Source of the DNA: Glycera tridactyla
Taxonomy: Eukaryota
Direction of reading: 5' to 3'
Assembly: GCA_965644265.1 (NCBI GenBank)
Contig: OZ286465.1
Coordinates: 90,644,001-90,708,000 of the forward strand
Length of the DNA: 64,000 bases
Part shown: positions 50,256-61,260 of the stretch, in pieces
How the letters are laid out: each line of letters begins with the position of its first letter
Numbering within the stretch: position 1 is the stretch's first letter
Notes under the pieces: model-generated
What the model was told of the DNA's origin: nothing
Databases searched by the model: none
What the model saw: only the letters and a program-made list of their open reading frames with translations
Translations under genes and position numbers: made by a program

Positions 50256-51763
50256 ACCATCGCCATCGCCATTGCCATCACCATCAACCTGTCGCCAAAA
50301 CATCCACCGGCACCACCACTCCCACGATTGAGTTTCAAACCTATGCACGACCCAATATTATTTGAGCGAATAAGCGACTCAGATCTCTCTTTTGACAATT
50401 AAATCCATGATCGAAATACCGAGAAATTGGGTCATTGTCGGAAATTAGACTCATTGGATACGGATAATTGGTGGTTGCATTAGATGTTGCTTCATCGTGA
50501 ATTAAATTTTGAACCATCGTGTGAGCGATTGGTGAATACCATGCTCCATCAAATATAACCAGTTATACTTAACGCGCATCTATCAAGAGAATAGAGGACA
50601 GACAGCGCGATTGTGATACAACTACCCTTGGTTAGTGTCGCAATAATCCAGTTCAATGAAGAGGAACATAACTTACCACCCACATATGCATTCGTCTGCC
50701 TGGAAATGATCGATTGCATGATAATTGTGTTCTGAAGAAAGAAAATAGGAAATCATCAATCAATCAATCAACTCATTTTCAGTGAAGTGAGTCATCGTTT
50801 GCTCACCTATCACAGTTTCACTTGCGTTCACTTTAGTGAATTACTTGAAATACACCCCCCCCCCCACACACACACACACCCACCCACCTCAATTCAACAC
50901 CAGTGATTACCTACGGATGTTTTTCAAGTGATGGTGAACTATCAACGTCCTTGCCAATGACAGATCGGATTGGAATGTAATTTGATTGTCAGAAACATGT
51001 TTGTCAGAATTCGAGGTCTCTTTCATGACTTGTCTCCGGCAGTATGATGGTTGCATAACTTATCCACCTTACATTTCCCAACCCTTTATGTTGAAGAACC
51101 TTTTTTTTATCCTGTGTTATCATGGCTACCGGAAGTTCTCTGACACGAAGTAGCAGTGAGACAATACTGTCACAATACTTGATACTGCAAGATGGTGCTG
51201 CCTGTGAAACCAGAATGCACAATATTGAATCCATGTCACATGCATGTAATGCGTGTGGAAATGATCAGGACATCGAATAGTGGTGTCTGTCGAATTCTGA
51301 GATATGCTGGACTATTCCCGAGACGATCGGAAAGATGCATCCTGTTTTGAGATTTGGCTGTGATAGACGGATAAAATACAGCTCATAAAACGTGATCTAT
51401 CCATGTTAGAGGAGAACGCTAAATTCCTATGTAGGGCATGGGTGTCGGGCAGAGCAGAGCTCGAGAGTAGCTGACCATAGAAATACAACACCAGCTGCCC
51501 CCTGGTATATTATGACCACAACTTGGATGCAACTTCGTACATCATTGAATCTCCTGCGTGACATTATTTCGAACAGTTCTGAGATTAATATACACAATGG
51601 TATGGATGCACAATGTTAGCCTGTTGAGTATTTCCAGTTCTGACTCTTACAATGGCTTGACTTGAATCCTAGCACTAAGCCCTACGTCTGCTGATATATC
51701 TCTATAAAAACCTTCGATTTCTCCCTAATCACTGGGAAAAGAATAAAAAGAAGTTCTTACCCA

Positions 51764-51768
<5 letters not shown>

Positions 51769-51819
<51 letters not shown>

Positions 51820-51862
51820 CGAGAGAGAGAGAGTGGGGGAGAGAGAGAGAGAGGGGGGGGGG
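51769..51862. repeat. (GT)n-(GA)n-poly(G) microsatellite
   Basis: Direct sequence. Confidence 0.95.
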
Positions 51863-53214
51863 AGCGAGCGGAAACAAATATATAGTCTCGCATTGCTCCT
51901 GTGTTGGTATATTTCTTACCCACACTTAAAATTGATATGCAACTTGATACTGTTTGTTCTTCTGGTTCACATTAATCTTCGCTCACACCGATCCTGTCAT
52001 GTTGTCGCCCAAGAAAGGACAATTCTGTGATGCGCAGAAACAGGGGAACAGAGGGATATGTGTCGATATAGGTTATGGAAGAGGTGATTACAAGGGCATT
52101 TCCGACATTGGCTTTTGGAAGTGATCTGAAAGTTCGAACTGAATCAGGGAAACGCTTTACTTGTTATGTCTAGAAGAGAGTCTGGGCATTCAATAGATAT
52201 ATCATATCCAATCATGAGATAAAGTGATAATTCATTGACCAGTGGTTTGTAATGGGGTAGCCATTCGAAAATATTTTATTTGATGTCAATCAATTCATGT
52301 TTGCACACTCGATCCCCACTTGAGATCAATTCTGAAGGTCAGCAGTATTGATGGCTGACCTCCCGATGCATTCCAACAGAATCTGCGAAGTTTTCTTGGG
52401 AATCTCACGTCGATCAATTTATAGCATCCACTTGACAGCCTTTTTGGTTTTCCACCATCTCAGGTGGAGTGAGTGCTGCAGGAGACAGAGGATCCAGCCT
52501 CTATAATCAATCAGTACAATAATCAATCAATCAATCAACCAACCAAACCATCGGACCAATATTTTGGCTACCCCATGATAGTTTATAATCACCACACGAA
52601 CCAAGGACATCTTCATTGTGTTCATTTATTCATATTTCAATGTTCAGTCTTTATGTAAAACCATGTTAGGGTCAGATGTATATGCGTTTACTTGCTGTCT
52701 GTCGCCAACTTCTCAAGATTGCAGCGCTCATGGTTTCAGATCACACAGGATGGCTTGTATAATGGTGCCTCAGTGATCTGAGTCATACATACGTGACTTA
52801 TCTATAATGTGCATCAAGAAGATGTATCGATATACGCTGCTGTTGACAGGTTAATTACTTCCGTGAGAAGGCGCTAGAGATGTAAATGCACCTGCTGTGT
52901 TCTGCAGCTCGCTTCACTAAACCTGTGATCCGGAGATTGATGCACATGTATGTCTGTTCACCAAGGTACAATCAAAAGAAGAGAATGAATTGGAGATGAT
53001 GTATATGCACTATACATTAGTGAAATTGCCCTAATATGATTGGCTGATACACTCGGATGTGCCGGTAGCGTTGGTGGAGATGCATTGAAGTTGGAATGGG
53101 ACTACATGATGAAGCGGCGGAGTGATACATACAACAATACCACTACAATATTCCTCACGGGAGAATGAACACCTCTTGCGGCAAATAGTCACATTTGAAT
53201 GCATATAGATTGTG

Positions 53215-53535
53215 AGTGTGTGGAATGTTCCTATGCATGTGTGAGTGTGTGAGTGGGTGTGTGCGTGCGTGCGTGCGTGTGGGTGGGTGTAGTGTACCTG
53301 TGTGTGTGGGGGGGGGGGGGGAGGGGGTAGTATGTGTGGGTGTGGTGTGGGTGTGTGCAATGTACCTGTGTGTGTGTGTGTGTGTGGGTGTGTGTGTGAG
53401 TGGGTGTGGGTGTGGGTGTTTTGGTAGGTGTGAGTGTGTAGTACACCTGTGTATGTTTGTGTGCGTTTGATTGTTGGTGTGTGTAATGTACCTGTGTGTG
53501 ATATGTGTGCTGCGATGGGTGATGTGTGTGGGTGT
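53215..53535. repeat. GT-rich degenerate microsatellite
   Basis: Direct sequence. It explains the His/Thr-rich 188/178/142-aa ORFs. Confidence 0.9.
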
Positions 53536-53600
53536 ACAAATGCAGTTTTTGAAGGAAATTGAACCACAGGTGCAACCGTCGTTTTCTTCGTGACCATATA

Positions 53601-53752
53601 CAGTGGAACCTGCTTGATAGAAAGACCAACTGCCTATAAAGGCGACCGTGAAAGTACATTCAATCATAAATAACCTTTCCATAAAGATCACCTTTCCATG
53701 TAGACCACTTATTTATGCGATCAAAGATGGCTCCAGTTGACAGGTTTGACTG
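53601..53752. mobile_element. Tc1/mariner (pogo/Tigger-like) MITE, 152 bp
   Basis: TIR CAGTGGAACCTG / CAGTCAAACCTG(rc), TA on both sides, and internal GACCA/ACCT..C.ATAAAG repeats. Confidence 0.8.
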
Positions 53753-54299
53753 TACGTTCCTCTATGACGGCAAGCCAAGTCAGGAGTCTCGGGCCGTTCA
53801 ATATCCCAAAAAGTTGATCAAAAGATTGTCCTATCCTTTTGTATCATTTGATGGGTACCATAGGTTTAACCATCTGCATCCGTCATGCTGAAACCCTCAA
53901 AAGGAGTTCTCGCATTATATGCATATTCTCAAATTCATGGAATTTACCAAATATCCGTGTTCATGACACAGAGAAGGTATGGGGCAGATACATGGTTTCC
54001 AGGAGTCACGCCCCATTGTAAGCGTTGTGTTCGACTTCACGAGTACAAACCCATTGAGCGAGTGCCGCAGCTGATAATGTAGTTCACGCCAGACCTGTTT
54101 ATTGCTGCATTATCTGCTATACTCACCCTTGCTGCATGAGTAAAAAGCTGACTCTCATGCTGGGTCATCTGATTTTAGTTGGATTCATCAAAACTGTAGT
54201 TTATTTTTTTCGACTGCTGCTGCTGTTGCTCTGTTACCACTTCCCATGGTCAACAATGACGTTTTTGTTCTGTAGCGTATTCGTTGCTCATGGCAAACA

Positions 54300-54339
54300 T
54301 ACATTCACACACTCACACGCACACACAACACACGCACAC

Positions 54340-54411
<72 letters not shown>

Positions 54412-54420
54412 TACAACACG
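54300..54420. repeat. (CA)n microsatellite
   Basis: Direct sequence. Confidence 0.95.
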
Positions 54421-57400
54421 CACATCTAGGAGCTCTGCGCCAAGGCCTGCCCGACTGAACGGTAGGTTAGGTAATTTCATCAATTTGTCTACCTAAGCAT
54501 AATTTAGGCTATGATCACATGAAGNNNNNNNNNNNNNNNNNNNNNNNNNNNNNNNNNNNNNNNNNNNNNNNNNNNNNNNNNNNNNNNNNNNNNNNNNNNN
54601 NNNNNNNNNNNNNNNNNNNNNNNNNNNNNNNNNNNNNNNNNNNNNNNNNNNNNNNNNNNNNNNNNNNNNNNNNNNNNNNNNNNNNNNNNNNNNNNNNNNN
54701 NNNNNNNNNNNNNNNNNNNNNNNNNNNNNNNNNNNNNNNNNNNNNACATACTACACACTCGCAGACGCACACGTGTGGACACTGCTCGCCAGATGGAATG
54801 GCTCCGCTATTCTTTGATTATCCCTAACCAAGTTAGACACAAAGTAGAAAATTGAATCATCTGAATATTGCTTCTGTATGATTGCATACCCTGGCGACGA
54901 ATGATTGCATACCCTAGCGGGCGAACTTGATATAGTAGTATGGCAAAGCGTATGCTTCCCGATTGGGGCCACTGAAGCCATGCGGCTCGAAGGGGAACTG
55001 ACGTCACGAGGCACTCTGGTGTATGTTTGGATTTAACGTCCTTTCAACCACCCTAGATTATATCCGACTGAAAAGCGGAAAATGCTGAAGAAAAGAGGCA
55101 CCAATGCCAGGGCCGTCCCTACTTTCCGCGAAAGACAGCAGTGGTTCTTCCTATATGCATGGCATGCATTCAATGTGTCCAGCCACCTCTCTGAACATAC
55201 CGTACCATCTCTACTTTCTGTGGCAAGGGCATTGCGATGTTTTTTTTTCGCGAGAAGGCACATTTCTAAATATGAAGGTACAGGAGAGGCAAATGATAAA
55301 ATGTGAATGAAGTGGGTTACGTTCTGATGCTATTATTTGGCTCAACCTACTTCACAATTACATTTTTAGACAAGCCTGTTCAAGTTTTGAGCCAATAGAT
55401 AACACAGAGTAGACTGCATGGATGGGACACTGAGATCATGATGAATTCTCGAATTGTAGTTTCAAAGGCAGATTGCGATTTGAAAGCCATTTCAGACTAC
55501 GATTGTCGTTTGGTCTATTAGAGTCCCCTCTCCCTAAACCTGGGCCTTGGCAAGGTACATACAGTTCCGGTCATGAGAGGACAAAAAGCCACATAGCTTA
55601 TAGGATTTACTGGTGAGAACCATGTCGGTGGTAGCAAACAGGACTGTCTGAGCTAGGATAATGAGATGAAGGTATTCGTTACACAGGTGCATTAGTTACA
55701 AAACGTAGAAGGATTTTTGCTCGTAGACTTGTCTATTCATGACCGGGACACACAGACGGACTTTAACACTGTGCTGGACACATACCTAAGAATGCGCACC
55801 AGGTGGCGTTCTTTGAGAGAATATCAGCAATAAGTTGGTTATTGTGCAATAAGTTGGTTATTGTGCGCCACCTCTTCTATAGACACCCATATGCGCCTGC
55901 TTTTTGTCTTCGATCACGGTCGAATGCGGATTTCGGGGGACTTTCCCATTTCCGGTTATCCTGTGGTCAAACAGTTTCACTTGTACCGGACGTCACCGAC
56001 ATTTTGCTGCCGGTCAACCAGAGGTAGCCGGATGAAATCACCAAAGATATCTTTGGTTGGTATCAACTGAGAGGTATCAATCTGGTAGAAATATACTTCT
56101 GTGTAGATTGCATATAATGGTATTTTCTGAGAAAAATGACTCATCATTTTGTAAAGTGGACCCGGCAGAGTCCTGCTAAAAACTCTGAAAAGCATAATTC
56201 ACATCGCAATAAGTGGCAGATATCATAAATTTTCGGGGATTCTTGTCAAAATATTGCTATCAGCCAAAATGCTCTTCGCCTTGTTTAGCCCTACCTTTGA
56301 TATGATTGATTTGATTAGATTGAGGCAACCCTCGTCCGTATGAGATGGTGCTATCTTATTATTCTAGAAATTTTACATGTCTGTTGTGCCCGACGAAGCG
56401 AAAGTTTCCTGCCATGACACAAATTCTATCCTCTTTCTTCGTGTGGTTCCGTATCACCTAAAGCATGCAAAAGTTGCAATAATATGTTATTAGTTTATTA
56501 TGCCATCCATAAAGCTCACAGACATTAACTCATAGAAATGAATGGCATTTGAGGATGATTTATTTTGACGATAATTCCTTGCAGGGCTACAAGATGACGT
56601 TTATGTATGAGCGGACAACACGAGGGATGCTGTGTGTGAAATACGTGTGGCTCTGAAGGGACCCGTCGATGCTGACTATCACTCGGGCTGGTCTATGAAC
56701 ACATCTGCACACAATAGGGGTGTTTATATTTGATTATCATGCGCTATTTGATTTGCAGGATGTGTCATTATCTTCGGGCCAGGAGTCAGGCTGACTACTG
56801 GATATTCACGCATAGTCTGATAGGAATATACAGCGCAAGTCACAAGCAATAGGTAAGCTTCCTGCGAAATTTATGTCGGCATTCATCTAGTCTGGCGTTC
56901 TGTCAGCAGGTGATTGCTTTTGGCAATAAATATTGCANNNNNNNNNNNNNNNNNNNNNNNNNNNNNNNNNNNNNNNNNNNNNNNNNNNNNNNNNNNNNNN
57001 NNNNNNNNNNNNNNNNNNNNNNNNNNNNNNNNNNNNNNNNNNNNNNNNNNNNNNNNNNNNNNNNNNNNNNNNNNNNNNNNNNNNNNNNNNNNNNNNNNNN
57101 NNNNNNNNNNNNNNNNNNNNNNNNNNNNNNNNNNNNNNNNNNNNNNNNNNNNNNNNNNNNNNNNNNNNNNNNNNNNNNNNNNNNNNNNNNNNNNNNNNNN
57201 NNNNNNNNNNNNNNNNNNNNNNNNNNNNNNNNNNNNNNNNNNNNNNNNNNNNNNNNNNNNNNNNNNNNNNNNNNNNTAACATACATTGCACTCTGTCCAA
57301 ATTTATCTCGAGGACATCGCTTGCCTCAGAGCGATGAACTCTCTCGACAGGGCAGGATTTCTAATGGAAATAAGCAAAAGCGCTGCTTCTGTGAAGAGAG

Positions 57401-57564
57401 GCATGATTCTCGGTATCTGTGGACTTTGGCAACGAAATAATCAGTTGATGGAAATAATTGGTAGGTATTAAATCACTAATGCGTGTGAACAGACTTGCTA
57501 GTGGGCAAGTGGATTATGTTTGCGAATTAATTCCGAATCTTGTCACTGCAGCAGGAAATGGCTG

Positions 57565-58117
57565 TTATGTAGCGTGGATTTCGATGGAGGGGAGGGGTGA
57601 AAAGCAGCGAAATGATGCCAAATCGTGAAACGATGTCCGCTTCATTTCGCTTGTGGAAAGTACGGCGTTTTTCGACGGAAGGGAGGTCGGCGGTGGTGCG
57701 CCGGTGTCGCTGCTTTTGGGGGCGTTTCTGCGTGACAACGTCGTGAGAAAGTCCTCAAACATCATAAAACGTCCTAAAACGTCCCAAAACGTCCTAAAAG
57801 GTAGTGAAAACGTCCTAATACGTAGTGAAGACGTCATCAGCCCTGTTCCTTCATCAAACGTTGCGAGAACGCCGTGGAAACGTCTACATCCGTGTATTAA
57901 CGCCGAACAACGCCGAGATCCGCCCCCGAAACGCCACTATCCCTCCCATGACATGTTCAAAACTTCCGCCGTACCTAGACGGAGACCAGCGGTGACAGAA
58001 GCATGTGAGAGGAACCTAGCGGATGCTGACGGATAGTCACTTTGATGCAACGTTCGTACGACGGAAGCCTCGACCGTCGCAATCCGTCGCTGCGACCGTG
58101 ACAGTGTGAATCCAGCT
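57565..58117. mobile_element. One end of a PIF/Harbinger-like non-autonomous element
   Basis: The terminus reads (rc) TAA|AGCTGGATTCACACTGTCACG, a Harbinger-type TIR with a TWA target. The interior is CpG-rich, with AAAACGTCCT decamers (57766-57820) and CGACGG/CCGTCG subterminal motifs. The other end was not found. Confidence 0.55.
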
Positions 58118-58403
58118 TTATGGAGCGAAGGATAGTTCCCATGAATAGCCTCTAGTCCGGATTTGGAAATAGATATGCGACAAACAGGTGTTGACCATTA
58201 CATAATAATCCATTCAAGCGCAAATCAGCTTTTTACAGCAGTCACCCTTCACCGGATCGAACTCAATAGAACTCACCATCGGAACGAGTTGTATCAAGCG
58301 AATGCGTGCGCTTATTGGCCATAAACGACCCTCTCCTTCACCACAATTCGGCTATGTTCAATACCTCGCTCACATAATCTATTTACCTTTCCCGGAAAGT
58401 TTC

Positions 58404-58408
58404 TGTGT

Positions 58409-58464
<56 letters not shown>
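58404..58464. repeat. (GC)n-(GT)n alternating purine-pyrimidine tract
   Basis: Direct sequence. Confidence 0.9.
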
Positions 58465-58466
<2 letters not shown>

Positions 58467-59905
58467 GGTATGTTATTGTGTGATGATCTTTGCTTTGTAT
58501 GAGCTTTTATTTATCAACAACCTTGACCTGATTCAAATATCTACAGATTTTATACCAGCTAAACGAAAAGGGTACGGGACTGTACCCGTGATGTATCTTC
58601 ACCGGTCAATCAGGATTCTAGATTGATCCCTCCCCGATGTCACTGGATGAATTTCCTAACATAGCCCATGTGGTTCTGAGGGAGATGATGGAGCACGAGC
58701 AGACAGTATCGGGGGGGGGGGGGGGGGCAACGCCAAAGCGTTGATTATACATATGTTGTGCGAGCTAATACACACGCAGTAAAGAAATATTGGATGAATC
58801 TCGGACAGCCAGTCGAAGTATAATCGATTGTGTTCTTTTTTAATTGTGTGTGCTGAGAGAAAACATGGCATGGTGGTCAAACTGTGTCTTGAAGATACAA
58901 CTGAAGATACAACATATTTCATCTGTAACCCTGTTTTCGTAGGATAATCACGTGTGTTGCCAATCTGCTCTATTTGAATATTGCGGGTTGATCTGAAAAG
59001 CACTGGGCTCAAAGTCTGAGTCCTCCATTGATCGCTTCCAGCAATACTCAAATTACTTATGCCACCAGCTTTCTCATTTATATTTGTATATGTAGGCACA
59101 GGTGTGTCTGAACCGACTGTTTCTGCCACTTTCTTGTTTTCCCATCATCGTGCGCTCGGGGTTCGTGAGAGTATTGCTGCTGGGTAAAGATCGCAAAGCC
59201 CTCATAGATCAGGAGCATGGTATACATAATCCTTTGGCTTGGTACATGCCACTAAAACCTAACAGTTTTATATGCCTATCGGACTATTCTGTCTGGACCC
59301 GTCATGGTTCGCTGACGCCGCTATCACCGAGCATTACAAAGAACCGTCATCGATCAATGCCCATTTCGCTGCCGACCACTGATCAATATTAGAAACAATG
59401 GTCTTTGGTTCAAACATGGAGCCATCTACATCCTGGCTCTTCCACGACCCACTGAGAGAATCTTTATGGTTCACATTTATTGATGGAGTGAGAGTTTCAT
59501 GAGCGCATTGGTGGAACGCCAGAATGTGGGTCATGTCCTAAATGCTGAATTAATCAACAATAGTGATATCCCCGACGGCGGCGGAGACAACGTCGAGTAT
59601 GCCTGAGAAGACTTTCTCACCATACAGAAATCTCAAAGATGACTGCCTGGCTATATCCTGGGTTCCCTTGGATGTCAATATGGACTGCCTGATGTAATTG
59701 GGTTGGAAAAGAATATTAGTTTGCGATGATGGTTTCTCTATATTGCATGCCAGGCATTGGGACTCTACGCCACCTACCTGCTGTGTTTAATGTCTGAAGG
59801 AACTATTATTGTGAATGATGAGCGGAATCGAATGAGCAGTTCTGGGGCGGAAGTGGAGGGGTCTTCAGGAATAGCCATGGATACACATCAGAAGCTGTTC
59901 CAAAG

Positions 59906-59955
59906 GCAGTGGCGGATCCAGGGGATGGCACAAGGGGCCAGTGCCCCCCCCCCCC
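59906..59955. mobile_element. Possible truncated DNA-transposon terminus
   Basis: CAGTGGCGGATCCAGGGG...poly(C) resembles GC-rich MITE termini. No partner end found. Confidence 0.3.
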
Positions 59956-59964
59956 CTCTTCAGC

Positions 59965-60212
59965 CTGTAGTGGTGGTTGTAGTGGTGGCAATGTTGATGT
60001 TGGTGGTAGCCGCAATGGTGATAGTAGTGGTGATGTTGGTGACGGTGATGGTGATGTTGGTGATGATGGTGGTGGTGGTGGTGTGATGGTGGAAGGGCAT
60101 TCTCCAGTGCTTCAGGATTGCACATCAACACCACCATCACCATCACCATCACCATCTCAATCACCTTCACCATCATTCATTCATCCATCACCATTCACCA
60201 TCAATCATCCAC
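59965..60212. repeat. GGT-rich then CAC-rich trinucleotide tracts facing each other
   Basis: Direct sequence. The spacer is about 60086-60120. Confidence 0.8.
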
Positions 60213-61059
60213 CGTATATTTTCTTTAGCATCTGGTCATCCTCTGGTCACAACCTGCTCATTTCCTGGTCCTTTCCTTGTTGCCCCGTCTTCTCCTGATC
60301 ATCACCTTACCACCACCGCCAGGAATCGTGTCACAGACGTATCGTATTCTTACGAACCCCCACCTGAAACGTATCAATCCCTGCTGACATACGTATCATT
60401 CCCTCGTCATCTTCATGGAGTTGACAGAAAAGACAAAATCCGGCCCGGTCTGAGATGATTAGCGATCATATCATGTGGTGATGTTGCAAAACTGTCTATG
60501 TGTAAACGCTGCATTACAAAAAACATTTGCTAACAGAGAGCGCTTCACGTGACTGTGGTAGTGGCTTATACTATGAACCACTTCACATAGGAGCAACTTT
60601 TCACATGCCCAAAGATGACGTTTGGAGACAGGATTGACTGCATCTACGAATGACAGGAATATGAAAACAACTCGATATTTTTATTATTGTTTGATCCCCA
60701 CACTCTTGTGCATGGGCGCTATATTAGCCTGTTAAGATCGAACCAGTATGACTTCGCCCCATTGAGTCTGGGCTCTTGAGAACAAAAGAGCAAAACAAAC
60801 ATAAAATCAACAATCGACATCACGTAGACATCGGTCTCTTGGCAATATAGTGAAACAGGCATGTGATTGTAAACGTAGGGAGGGAGTAGGAAATGAAAAC
60901 ACGGTTCTTGTGGGAGATATAAGATATAAGATACTTTATTAAACAAACGACATGTGACCACGGGGGGTCGTATTACATGCTGATGTTACAAAGCAGTAAT
61001 TTTCAAATGTAAACATGTGCCCAAGAAAGTCTAGAAACATGAACAAGAAACTGGAGAGT

Positions 61060-61260
61060 ACAAGCAAAATTCGCGAAGGAAAGAGAGAGAAAGGAAGAAG
61101 AAGAAAGAAAAGAAAAGAAGAGAAGAGAAAGAAAGAGTGAAAGAAAAGCATTAGTGTGAGGGATATATAGAGAAAAACAAATGGGTTTAAGGGTGGAAAG
61201 GGGAGGAAGAATTTAGGAAGAAATTGAATTTAAAAGAGAGGAGCAGGGGGGGGGGGGATA
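61060..61260. repeat. Polypurine (GA-rich) tract ending in poly(G)
   Basis: Direct sequence. Confidence 0.8.

Noticed and set aside
56887-57440. ORFs spanning N-runs (all X-rich entries in the track)
   Set aside because: They stay open only because N codons are not stops.
58656-59129. 157-aa minus-strand ORF
   Set aside because: It has no recognisable domain, includes a poly(G)-derived poly-Pro run, and has no splice or codon evidence.
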